This document shows, in pieces, positions 10,961 through 21,399 of a stretch of 64,000 bases of DNA (positions are counted from its first letter, which is position 1; each line of letters starts with the position of its first letter). The notes beneath the pieces were generated by a model. It made no database searches and was not told the DNA's origin. It worked only from the letters and a program-made list of their open reading frames with translations. This DNA comes from an uncultured Nitrososphaerales archaeon. GTDB lineage: Archaea > Thermoproteota > Nitrososphaeria > Nitrososphaerales > Nitrososphaeraceae. The DNA lies in assembly GCA_963695855.1 (NCBI GenBank), contig CAVOHZ010000003.1, forward strand, positions 64,001 to 128,000. The letters run 5' to 3'. Both the position numbers and the translations under genes were made by a program.

Positions 10961-11497
10961 TTGGGGAAAAAAAATAATATAAGTAATAATAGAATTTTCA
11001 ATAGATTTCTTACTAATTTTTACAAGAAATATAGAGAAACTATTTTAATGAATAAGGATTTACTTATTGCTGGGACATTTGGATTTTTAGCTAGTGCTGT
11101 TATAGCTGAACTATATGCGATTTATTCTCCTAATGACGTATTAACTTCTACAGTAACAGTATTGGTTGGATTTATAATATACAAGATAATTTTTATAATT
11201 CTTTTTCACATCGACAACAGACAAAAATATACCGATAAATTCACTAGCCAGATTAATTTCAATATTCTAAAACAAATAATAAAGAAGATGGTATTTGCTT
11301 GGTCTATATTTGACATTGTTAACAATCTATCACGATGGATAATACTATTTGAATTATTATTAACAGGATTCAGACCCTTTGAAGCAGCTATGATATCTTC
11401 TATAACTGCTTCTTCTATATCTTATTTAGCAATAAATATAATCTCAAGACGTATCAAAATCTTCTCATCATTAAAGAAGAAGAAAAGACCAAAATGA
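10961..11497 (+). CDS. hypothetical integral membrane protein
   Basis: About four hydrophobic segments; intact ORF. Confidence 0.75.
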   Translation: MGKKNNISNNRIFNRFLTNFYKKYRETILMNKDLLIAGTFGFLASAVIAELYAIYSPNDVLTSTVTVLVGFIIYKIIFIILFHIDNRQKYTDKFTSQINFNILKQIIKKMVFAWSIFDIVNNLSRWIILFELLLTGFRPFEAAMISSITASSISYLAINIISRRIKIFSSLKKKKRPK

Positions 11498-11937
11498 AAA
11501 TAATGCAAAAGATTTCTTATAATTTAAAATAAAACATTCCCAAGATGTCTAGAACTTATACAATAAACAAAGTGTATCTACACAGAATGATTATGCGCTA
11601 GATACTATTACATTAGTTAATATACGCAGGTAACTTATGTACAATTATATCACCAAAAGAGGAAAAAAATACAACTAAATTTAGGACAGACAACACCTTT
11701 TATTATTTAGAAATATATTTTAAAATTAATTTCTGCATTGAATCTAACTTTAAATATTATGCTTTAAATTAACTATATACTATATAATTCATTTATATTA
11801 TTTAATTCTACTTTATGTTATGTCCTATATACACAAAAGCATCCGAAACAACGGATGGCCATACATAACATTTAAAAAATTAAATATTAATAAAATTCGC
11901 TCTAATAGAAAATATATCAATAATATTTAGGAATTAA

Positions 11938-11969
11938 AAAATAATGTAACAATATTGTTACATTATTTT
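11938..11969. terminator. perfect 32-bp palindrome directly after a stop codon (possible terminator or operator)
   Basis: AAAATAATGTAACAAT|ATTGTTACATTATTTT abuts the stop of ORF 11970-12392. Confidence 0.5.
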
Positions 11970-12392
11970 CTATTCAACTAGATTTCCGCCGTGAATTTTT
12001 AATAATCTTTGTAGAATCTCAGCAGCAATATATCCTTTAACAGTTTGTTTGAGATCAAGACCCGATAATTCTTGGACAATTGTAGCAAATTTTGGATGTT
12101 TTGCCTTGATTTCTGATGCTTTTGCCTTGATTTCTTCTTCTGTCATATATTCCTCTAACGGTGAACGACTCTGACCAGTTCTTTTTTCCTCAACTAGATT
12201 TCTGGCATGTGATTTTAGTATTCTCTGTAAAACTCCCGCTACAAAATAAGCTCTGAAAGTTTCTTTCAGATCAAGATCAGGAATTTCTTCAACAATTGTA
12301 GCATACTTTGGATGATTTGTTTTAAATTCTGATGCTTTTGACTTAAATTCTTCTCTTGTCATTCTAATATCTTCTAAAATGGTTGTCATCAT
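11970..12392 (-). CDS. hypothetical protein with two 58-aa internal repeats
   Basis: MT.EE.K.KASE.K..HPK.ATIV.E...LDLK.T...Y..A..LQR.LK.H..NLVE occurs twice. Confidence 0.8.
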   Translation of the reverse strand: MMTTILEDIRMTREEFKSKASEFKTNHPKYATIVEEIPDLDLKETFRAYFVAGVLQRILKSHARNLVEEKRTGQSRSPLEEYMTEEEIKAKASEIKAKHPKFATIVQELSGLDLKQTVKGYIAAEILQRLLKIHGGNLVE

Positions 12393-13186
12393 AATGTGTA
12401 TATAATAATGGATATATAACTATTTGTATCTCTGGAATAGATATATTTATATATATTGAAGAATCGAAGAAACATATTGCATAGTATTGCAAAACATTAC
12501 AATATATGTCAATAACAAAGTATTAAATTTACAAATCTATACTTGCATACGATTTTATATAACCCAATTAAAATACTATTATTCATATATTTAGCTAATC
12601 TGAATGACTTTAGTAATACTATGTGAGGTATAAACCGACCCTGGCGAAGAATGGTAATCAGGCATTAATACAACACAAAAAAGTTCTCCATTCTTGAACA
12701 CTTAAATAGCTGTAATGGCATATTATAGTACCACTAAAATCTCTATAGCGTATTTTTGCGGCACTAACCTTAATCAATCTGATGCGGAGAGAAAAAAAGA
12801 AGTATATAACATTAACCTATGGAGAATCTTTATGCCCATTTGGTGGATTACTTAATACATTTGTCTCCTAGATGACTAGATGTTGTCTCCTTTTTTTAAT
12901 ATATTTGAACGGATTTAAAGAAACATTAAATGGACCAACACCTACTGCGCCTCCAATATTAATTTCTCTTGCTGTACTTTCAGTTGATGCAACTTCGCCA
13001 ATTATTAAATCATACCCACAAACACGACAAAAGGATACTAAATTCACATGAAGAAGTATAACAGTAAATCTAAAAAAATTTAAGTTTAATAATTTTTGTG
13101 ATAATACATACCGAACTTAAGGAAGCATTATTTGAATAATTCAATTATTGTTTGAAAATCCAAAGAGGTGGGCCATAGAATACTTC

Positions 13187-13231
13187 GGGTCCGTCGGGAG
13201 TAATACCGATAGCGATGTGAAAATAAGAGTC
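13187..13231 (-). repeat. family B att-like repeat with tRNA 3'-end-like part
   Basis: GGGTCCGTCGGGAGTAATACCGATAGCGATGTGAAAATAAGAGTC. Confidence 0.9.
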
Positions 13232-13282
13232 TTCTGTTAAGTAAATAAAATAATATTTATGAATTCTTTTATGATAGTATAC

Positions 13283-14233
13283 TTATCTTAACAATTTGTT
13301 TGAAATAAATTCATGTAATTGTGAATCAGACATATTCTTTTTTGCTTGTGCAAAGGTTTTAGCATCTTCTCCTACTGTATATCTGAACAAATATTCTGAA
13401 GAATTTGAAATATTTTTAATTGCTTCAAGTATTACAGTAGCAACTTCTTTTGGTGATGGAGCATTATTCATAGCAGAATAATAATGAGATAGAAATGTAT
13501 CGATAGTATTGGAATAATATGAAGAATTATTTTTCTTAGTATCATTATTAGAATAATTAACTTTTAGTTCTTCTTTCTGTTCATCTTTCAATAGAGGTTC
13601 TTGTAATTTATTGTCAATTTGATTTGGAAATTTAATATTTGGTACAAAATTAGTATTGATAACACCTGGTTCAATAAGGATTACTTTAATTCCATATGGC
13701 TGAAGCTCATAGGATATAGAGTCACTTAATCCTTCTAATGCAAATTTTGTACTTACATATATGCATTCTGCAGGTATTCCTACTACGCCTGCAAGAGAAG
13801 TTACATTTATGATTATCCCATTTTTTTGTTTTCTCATAGCGGGCAAAGTTTCTTTAATAGTTCTCATTGCTCCAAAGAGATTTGTTTCGAACTGTTTCTT
13901 TGCTTCGTCTATAGATATCTCTTCCAAAGCACCAAATAAACCATATCCGGCATTATTTATCAAAATGTCAATTTTCTTTTTTTCATCAAGTATTTTGTGT
14001 ATCGCATTTCTTACTGAATCATCATTATCAACATCCATGGATAAAACTTTTAAAGGAAGATTCTCATTATTTGCAATTTTTTCGATTTTATCTCCCTTAA
14101 GTGTATCTCGCATTGTAGCATATGTATAAAACCCATTTCTTGCAAGAAATAATGAAGTTTCAAATCCTATTCCAGTTGAACTACCGGTAACTACTGCAAT
14201 ACTCTGTTGTTTTTCCATTCTAATCTTAGGCAA
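13283..14233 (-). CDS. short-chain dehydrogenase/reductase
   Basis: TGSSTGIG, NNAG, YVSTK (YxxxK), IEPG. Confidence 0.95.
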   Translation of the reverse strand: MPKIRMEKQQSIAVVTGSSTGIGFETSLFLARNGFYTYATMRDTLKGDKIEKIANNENLPLKVLSMDVDNDDSVRNAIHKILDEKKKIDILINNAGYGLFGALEEISIDEAKKQFETNLFGAMRTIKETLPAMRKQKNGIIINVTSLAGVVGIPAECIYVSTKFALEGLSDSISYELQPYGIKVILIEPGVINTNFVPNIKFPNQIDNKLQEPLLKDEQKEELKVNYSNNDTKKNNSSYYSNTIDTFLSHYYSAMNNAPSPKEVATVILEAIKNISNSSEYLFRYTVGEDAKTFAQAKKNMSDSQLHEFISNKLLR

Positions 14234-14441
14234 TTACAAAATATACAAAAATATAATTCTATAGTTGACTATTACAATAGATTTATGGTAATTATTGTTA
14301 TTTTTTAAAAATAGTTCAAATTTATTATTAGTAGCAATTAAACGCACTATGTATCTTGACTTTAATCTTTTAATTCTTCTAAATATTTCATAATACTATA
14401 ATCGTGTTCCACCTTAATAGTATGGTTCATCCACATATTCA

Positions 14442-14522
14442 TGTAGTTCATCGGGAGTTAGAATCTGCACGTAGTAAGGTTCTACAACATTGTATTTAGC
14501 TTTTATTATGAGAAACTTAATT
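14442..14522 (-). repeat. family A att-like repeat
   Basis: CATCGGGAGTTAGAATCTGCACGTAGTAAGGTTCTA...TTTAGCTTTTATTATGAGAAACTTAATT, homologous to 6497. Confidence 0.8.
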
Positions 14523-14566
14523 TTAATTATTTTTCAATTATTCACAAAGTATAGGAACTTGAAATG

Positions 14567-14611
14567 TGCCGCGGAGGAGGTAATACCGATAGAGGTGCAA
14601 AAATACGAGTC
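14567..14611 (-). repeat. family B att-like repeat carrying a different tRNA-like 3' end
   Basis: TGCCGCGGAGGAG followed by GTAATACCGATAGAGGTGCAAAAATACGAGTC. Confidence 0.85.
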
Positions 14612-14783
14612 GAATAAGGAGGATAATATTTATGATTATTTATAATTGAGTTATTTGAAATATTAATAATTCAAAATTCATAGATAATATTAATTAAGAT
14701 TTATGGAAAATATACAAGAAGAAGAAACTAAAAAGACTAAAATTGAAAGTGAATAATATTAATTTAGAAATTGAATTAATATG

Positions 14784-16400
14784 TTAATCTGCAATTGGCA
14801 ATGTAAATCTAAATGTTGCCCCCTTACCATCCAAATTATTTTCTGCCCAAATTTTACCACTATATGCTTCTATAATATTCTTACAAATATATAGTCCCAA
14901 TCCTGTTCCTGTACTAGAATCGCCAGTTGTAAACTTTGAAAATAATTTGGGTAATACTTCTTTTGAAATACCCGCTCCAGTATCCTTAACACTTACAATG
15001 GCTTGTTCTATTCCTTCTTCTTTTTTCATTTTATCTACAATAACAAATATTGTTTGATTGTTATACTTAGTAGTAAATTTTATAGCGTTATCTACAAGAT
15101 TGCGAATTACTTGAGCTAATCTATCTCTATCTGATTCTACAATAATATCATTAACATATTTGAAATCATAACAAATTTTTATCGTTTGTTGTTTTAATTC
15201 CTTTTTCACATATTCCTTTAAAACTTCAGATATCAAAACATTAAGATTTAATTTTTCTTTTTTAAGCATTAAAGATTGACCTTCTATTTTTGTAACATCC
15301 AACAGGTTGTCACTAAGCCGTTTTAGTCTGTATGCATTTCTCATAATAATGTCTAACAATTCATGTTGTTCTTTATCTTTAACCTTTGAATAGATAATAT
15401 CTGTTAATCCTAGTATAGGCTGAATAGGAGTTCTCAATTCATGTGCAGCTATATTAATAAATTCTGACTTCATTATTTCAGATTCCTTTACTTTTTCATA
15501 TTGTTGGCTAAGCATCTCATTGCTTTCTCTTAATTTAATATTATAGTGAATACTTGATAAGGCTAATCCAATAATATTGATAAAATAACTTGAATCTTTT
15601 AAGACATGAGCAATATTATGTGCAGTGTCAAAGTGTTGTGACGAGTATGACATTATTATTTGTGCAAAAACGTCGAATACGAGGGAAATAACTATGCTAA
15701 TATAGAGAACATCTCTATTTTTATAAATTCTATTCTTATAGAAATAATATAAGGAAAATAATAATAATGCTAATGGAAAAAGTTCATAAGGTCTATGTAT
15801 AGGAATATTGTCAATCACAGAAAAAGGAAAAATAACATAAAGTGAGCTTATAGTTACAATAGAAACAAATAAAGTAATTGCTATTAAGTAAAGTAAAATC
15901 GGTTTTGATAATATACTTTCATTATTCTGGTGAGAGAATACTTGTTGTCCTTGTTGTTTTTGTTGTTGTTTACTTGAATTAACAGATAAAAAAGAATTAT
16001 ATTTAAAAATTGCTATAGCAAACATTGCACTAAGAAATAATCTTCCAGCAAACCAAGTCTGTGGAATAAAATATTTCAAGAATAAAATATTATCCATATT
16101 GAGCAAAGAAATTGTAACATGTAACAAATCAATTAAAGCATTAACTAGAAAACCAATGCCAATGAATAGACTAAATTTATCATCAAATGCAAGAGCTCTA
16201 GAAATATAATAGAATGCAAGTATTCCAGCAAAAATTGTTCCAAATAGTTCTATATAAAAATGATGTATAGGTGATGACACCCATAAATATGGGTTGGCAG
16301 ATATCACAGCAATTACTGAAAGAGAAATTGAAGGAATTAAAATATATTTTAATATATGACTCGTCTTATCATTAGTCTTTAAAAGTAAATTTAGTGGCAA
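14784..16400 (-). CDS. membrane sensor histidine kinase (MASE3-like multi-TM domain + HisKA + HATPase)
   Basis: AAHELRTP, NLVDNAIKF, D.G.GI, GTGLGL; many TM segments. Confidence 0.95.
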   Translation of the reverse strand: MPLNLLLKTNDKTSHILKYILIPSISLSVIAVISANPYLWVSSPIHHFYIELFGTIFAGILAFYYISRALAFDDKFSLFIGIGFLVNALIDLLHVTISLLNMDNILFLKYFIPQTWFAGRLFLSAMFAIAIFKYNSFLSVNSSKQQQKQQGQQVFSHQNNESILSKPILLYLIAITLFVSIVTISSLYVIFPFSVIDNIPIHRPYELFPLALLLFSLYYFYKNRIYKNRDVLYISIVISLVFDVFAQIIMSYSSQHFDTAHNIAHVLKDSSYFINIIGLALSSIHYNIKLRESNEMLSQQYEKVKESEIMKSEFINIAAHELRTPIQPILGLTDIIYSKVKDKEQHELLDIIMRNAYRLKRLSDNLLDVTKIEGQSLMLKKEKLNLNVLISEVLKEYVKKELKQQTIKICYDFKYVNDIIVESDRDRLAQVIRNLVDNAIKFTTKYNNQTIFVIVDKMKKEEGIEQAIVSVKDTGAGISKEVLPKLFSKFTTGDSSTGTGLGLYICKNIIEAYSGKIWAENNLDGKGATFRFTLPIAD

Positions 16401-16507
16401 TAGATTAATCTATTCCTTTATATTTTTGTTAATATATTTATATGAACGAAAAAAATAGACATGGAGTTAATTATTAATATATTATTCAATACTGAATGCA
16501 ATTTTTA

Positions 16508-17676
16508 TTAATTTAATAATCTATTTACAGTATTTGTAAATAGCTTTCTATCAACAGGCTTTCTCATTATTTGTTCTTTTGATATACCAGGAACTACACT
16601 CAACAATTCGTCTAATATATCCAAAGCTGTTACAAACATAATCTTAATTGTTGGGTCTATAGCTTTTATTTGCTGATGTAATTGAATTCCATTCAAATCT
16701 TTCATTTTGATATCAAGTATTAATAATAAATCATTAAAATTTGAGAGGTCTTTGATATAATTCAATGCATTAGAAGGGTCTGTAAAAGAAATTATTTCAT
16801 AACCATTATCCTTTAAAAATGATTCAAAAGTAAAAAGTATATCCGGTTCATCATCAACTAAAATGATTCTTCTTTTGTTTTGTTATTGTTATTGTTATTG
16901 TTATTGTTATTGTTATTGTTATTGTTTTTTTTATGAAAAAAAGATGATTCTTTTTCTTTACTTTTAGTTTCTATAAAATCCTCAACAGGGGAACAGAACA
17001 ATTTCTTGCTAAAAGAAGAATTTATAGTACTAATATCATCAATCGACAATGATTTGTTAACTTTTTTTATACTGTATGTAGAGTATCTAAATTTTTCATT
17101 TATCTTATATTCACCATTATTTATAAAATTATAATTGTTAGCAATATTAGAAAAAGATTTTAATATCCTATAACAATTGTCTCCAATAATTATCTCATTA
17201 GGAATAGACAGTGAAGAAGAATTAATCTCTGAACAAATATTTATAGTTGAACCAAATAAATCTATCTGGCTATAATCACCAACTAAAGCTAAATCTAGAA
17301 GACCATAATCCATACTAATTCTATAGCTAAATGGGGGAAGATGCTGCTTGGACAATTCTTGATTAACAACATATCGCTCATCTAAGATTTTCAACCCGCA
17401 TTCAATCACTTCTCTAAAAGCGTTTTCGTTTTTAGTATCAGATGCCTTTGGAAAATAGAATAATAAACAATCACCAATATTTTTAATAACTTTCCCACCA
17501 TAATTTTTAACTATTTCTGATATTGAATTTATAAATTTAGAATAATAGATTCTAATATGTTCTGAATTGTCTATGGTAATTGTATTTTGAGTAGAATCTA
17601 CCAAATCAATAAAAACTACACAACTCTTTATTGAATCCCCTGAAAATCTTATTTGTTTTGAAGAAAAGTTTTTCAT
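16508..17676 (-). pseudogene. cyclase-REC paralog of 4114-5229, split by a 1-bp frameshift
   Basis: The other frame continues KRRIILVDDEPDILFTF into ORF 16508-16765; the break is at the end of the (AACAAT)n tract. Confidence 0.85.
16882..16926 (-). repeat. (AACAAT)7 AAC microsatellite encoding poly-Asn15
   Basis: Counted directly in the sequence. Confidence 0.95.
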
Positions 17677-17843
17677 TTACAGTTTTGCTCCTTAAAATTA
17701 TTAATTAAAAATGGAATTTATATTTTATTATTATTAGTATAAGGTATTAGATTTAATAAAATCTTTTTTTTCTTATCTTAAAATAATACCAACATTATTG
17801 GGCTAGGTTAAATATTAAAACCTAGTTAGTCGGTCTTCCATTG

Positions 17844-18470
17844 TTAATGACTAGTAGTAGTATTTCCCTCTTTATTTTGGCTATTGACTGATTGTACTAC
17901 TGATGTTATATAATCAGTATTTGTTTTTGTCAAAACCTTCACATTATCACGTGTTTGTTCAAGTGCTGTGTTATATACTTTCATATTTGATGCTAGAGTG
18001 TTATTTATAAGATTAGTGGCATTTAACAGGTAACTCGTAAAGTTATTTACCATTACCGCATTATTCTCAGCAATTCTTTGTGGATTAAAAAAATCCCATA
18101 ATCTATTGAAGTTTACATTACTATTATTATCTGCTTGTTGTGATTGAAAAGAGCTTACTACTTGTTTTTGTGCTTCAATAAAGTCAGAAGCAATATCTTT
18201 TACAGTTTGGATAGTTTTTTCTTGATATTCAGCAATACGTTGTGTATATTTTGGAATTTCCCGACTAGCTTCATCTGTACTTCTTTTTATATTATGTAGA
18301 GTGTTATCTAGAGTCTTGTTTATTGCATCTTGTTGTTGATTTAAGGTGTTATTTGTTCTTTCATTGAAATTATTATTGTCTTTGTTAAATTTAGTTGTAT
18401 TTTTTTCATTAAATTCTGGTTCATTTACAGCTATATTTTCGTTTATTTTTACTTCTTTTTTTGCTGACAT
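17844..18470 (-). CDS. N/Q-rich helical hypothetical protein (phasin-like)
   Basis: Close paralog of 24584-25189; likely start MSAKKE. Confidence 0.75.
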   Translation of the reverse strand: MSAKKEVKINENIAVNEPEFNEKNTTKFNKDNNNFNERTNNTLNQQQDAINKTLDNTLHNIKRSTDEASREIPKYTQRIAEYQEKTIQTVKDIASDFIEAQKQVVSSFQSQQADNNSNVNFNRLWDFFNPQRIAENNAVMVNNFTSYLLNATNLINNTLASNMKVYNTALEQTRDNVKVLTKTNTDYITSVVQSVNSQNKEGNTTTSH

Positions 18471-18738
18471 AATTATAGTTACATTACTAATGTTATATAA
18501 ACTCATGTAATGATGTCTTTTTAATAGTCATATTTACATAGGTATATATAATTTATTTATTTATTTATATAATTGAAGGTAATATAATTTATAATACAGC
18601 AATAAAAAGCAGAATCATGTAATTCTTACTATTTGATTCATACGATTCAGACATCTTATAAATTTAATAATTCATGATAAAACGCTGGTAGGTAAGTAAG
18701 TATTGATATTGATATAAAAGATGAAATATGTCTAGCAT

Positions 18739-18774
18739 GGACTAATGCTTATAGTGGTACTAAAATAAGAGTCT
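18739..18774 (-). repeat. family B att-like repeat (degenerate)
   Basis: 29/36 identical to the 9652-9687 copy. Confidence 0.75.
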
Positions 18775-18903
18775 AAGGTATGGTAATAAAGAAGATAATA
18801 CCTAGGATTTACTTTTCATATTTTTAAAATAGATATTAATGTACAGTTACTATAAAAATTAATATTGTGTATGTTTTTCAGTATGTCGAAAAATATTAAA
18901 TTA

Positions 18904-19170
18904 TTAGTCATTTTTGATGGTAGTAGTAGCTTGTAATAATTCGCCCATTTCATTATGCATTTTGAGATAGTTTAGTCCTTTTTCTGTAGTCTTGAATGTT
19001 TGAGTCACATCAAGATATTCTATTAGATTGTTTTCTGTCAAAACAGAAAGATATTCCTTTAATTGTGCATAACTTAGAAAAGCTTTGTACATAATTTTTG
19101 TCTTTGTTGCTCTTCCATTTGCAGCGTCCAGTATATTACCCACTATTTCCGTTCTACTTCTATATTTCAT
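18904..19170 (-). CDS. winged-helix transcriptional regulator
   Basis: MKYRSR.EI..IL.A...KTKIMYKA.LSY.QLK.YL...TTEKG. Confidence 0.9.
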   Translation of the reverse strand: MKYRSRTEIVGNILDAANGRATKTKIMYKAFLSYAQLKEYLSVLTENNLIEYLDVTQTFKTTEKGLNYLKMHNEMGELLQATTTIKND

Positions 19171-19279
19171 ATTATTATAAGGTTATTTAATTATTTTAGT
19201 TTAATATCACAGTCAAAGGTAAGATAATTATAGTACAAACATTCTAAATATTATTTGCAAATAAAGAAAATATATAAGA

Positions 19280-19531
19280 AAAGCTAATGCCTTAGCACTC
19301 AATAAAAATGAAGAGGCTTTACCACTTATTGAAAAAGCGCTTGAATCCGATTCAAATAATGAATAATATCTCACAACGACTGTCTTTACAATGTACAATC
19401 TAAAAAAATATGATGATGCCAGATCATATTTTGAAAAAGCATTAAAAATAAATAGTAATTTAACTTCAATTTTGTCTGAAAAAGAATTAAAGACATTTAA
19501 TGAATTGATGAATAATAATACAAAACAATAA
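19280..19531 (+). pseudogene. TPR protein remnant
   Basis: KANALALNKNEEALPLIEKALE...*...KYDDARSYFEKALKIN with an internal stop. Confidence 0.55.
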
Positions 19532-19820
19532 GGAGTTAAATTTATTTAAATACTAGAAATTTTCTAATGTAAACCTCTCTATTTTAGTAACATTTCGAAA
19601 ATTGTATTGATTCTAATTATATTTTAATAAATTGAGAATTCTATTCTATCTATTACATAAAAAAATATCTGTTCTCAAATTAAATCAAAAGATTTTCTAG
19701 AATTACATTATTAGATAAACGTGAAATTATGTAACAATTAAAATAAAATAATTATCAATTCCTTATTATAAAGATAATACTAATAATAGCTATATGATAT
19801 ATATAGTATATAGTTTTTTT

Positions 19821-19880
19821 CTGACTATTTTGACAGTTTATTTGACTGATTTGACAATTATTCTGACTTAACTGACTCAT
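19821..19880 (+). promoter_or_regulatory. phased TGAC array (three 21-bp units) upstream of the HTH/coiled-coil gene
   Basis: TGAC at 19822, 19831, 19843, 19852, 19864, 19873 (spacing 9,12,9,12,9). Confidence 0.55.
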
Positions 19881-19909
19881 GTTTTAATGTATAAAAGTAA
19901 AATAATGAT

Positions 19910-21317
19910 ATGCCCAGAATTATATCTCCCAATGAGAAGTCATCTGTAATTGGAGATTGGCTTGAAGGAAAAACCAGGGAAAAAATTGCTTTAAAACATA
20001 ATATTGAAAGTGGAACTGTTTATAATATTGTTCAAGAATGGAGCAATAAACTTGGTATTGAAAAAACAGATTTATTGAGAGAATTAGCGGTAAATTTAAA
20101 CAAAAATGGATTGACTGTAAATGATTGTGCTAAAGGATTTAGAATGGTGATGATTTTTAAAAAATATAGAATAAAAGAAGATGAACTAGAAGATGGAATT
20201 ACTTATTTTTTAAAGGAAATTTACTTGAAATGTCAAGAACACAATTTAACAATTGAAAAAGTCTTTATGTATATTTATGATATCGTTAATTTTTCGAATG
20301 AACTACCATTATCTCAAATACCTCAATTTCTTAAAGAGAAGAAAAAGGAAAAAGAAGAATTAGAGATTTCTATCCAAAATTTGTATCAAAAAATAAATGA
20401 ACTCGAAGAAACTCAAAAAGAAAAAAGGCAAGAAATACAAAGATTGTCTGAAATTACAAACAAATTGTCCAGTAGTTATAGATTATTTACCATATTAAAA
20501 TACAGATTGGGCCAATATGGTATAAGTATGGAAAATTTAGATCAATTTGCAAATTGTGTAGTTGGAATATCAAAGGAAAATTATAGTGTTACCAAAGTTC
20601 TAGAATTAATAGGAGATTATGATAATTTACTAAACTATATACAACTTTATAAAAATGAAGTAGAAGTAAAGAGAAATGAATTGAATTTATTGAATCAAGA
20701 GATAAACTCTCATAAAGGATTGCTAGATTCTTATAGGATCAAATCAGATATCGCCGAAAATTTGGAAAGAATGAATTTTGGGATCAATGAATTACGGGTT
20801 TTATATGATACTTTGATGGAAATTGGTAGAGAAAACAATACTGAAAATAAAACTTTTGAACAAATAAAAAAAATTCTTTGATGATCTCAAAAGTTATGAT
20901 GAAATACTAGGATCACGAAATGAAAAAGATAGGTTAAAAAATGAAATTAAAAATTTAGAAATACAGTTAATAAAAGAAAAAGAAAGATATAATTCATATC
21001 CAAAAGTGATGAAGAGCATAGAAAGATTATCACATGCAGGAATTTCTGAAAATGATATTTTAACAATAGATAAACTTGTATCGATGAGTGGTACAAATCA
21101 TTATCGTCTGTACAAGGATAAACGTAGAAATAAACAAAATTTGATTGATGATTTACAAAAATATGAAAATTTAAAGTTAGCCATAAAAAATCTTGAAGAT
21201 AAAAGAAAGAAAATAAATTCAAAAGATGGGAAAAAGACAGGATATCAAGAACAATTACATCAGAAACAAAAAAGAAAGAACAAATCATCGAAAGTTAAAG
21301 ATACAATTGAAGAATAA
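19910..21317 (+). pseudogene. N-terminal HTH plus long coiled-coil protein, frameshifted at an A8 run (20866-20873)
   Basis: WL.G.TR..IA....I..GTVYNIV.EW is HTH-like; the +1 frame continues FFDDLKSYDE... into ORF 21006-21317. Confidence 0.7.
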
Positions 21318-21399
21318 AATAAGTATTTGTTATCTCTTTCTTATTTTATAAAAATTAAACAATTTCTTTTGATATAAAAATTTTCATATTTTTCAGATT

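Noticed and set aside
12716-12764. Possible inverted degenerate family B copy (GTGCCGC...TAGTGGTACTATAATATG on the minus strand)
   Set aside because: The tail matches but the middle does not and the spacing differs; too weak to count without a profile search.
3999-18774. Family B repeats as a CRISPR array
   Set aside because: Spacing is kilobases and contains genes; no cas genes are in the window.
19574-19597. Weak inverted match to the family B tail
   Set aside because: Short AT-rich similarity, compatible with chance.
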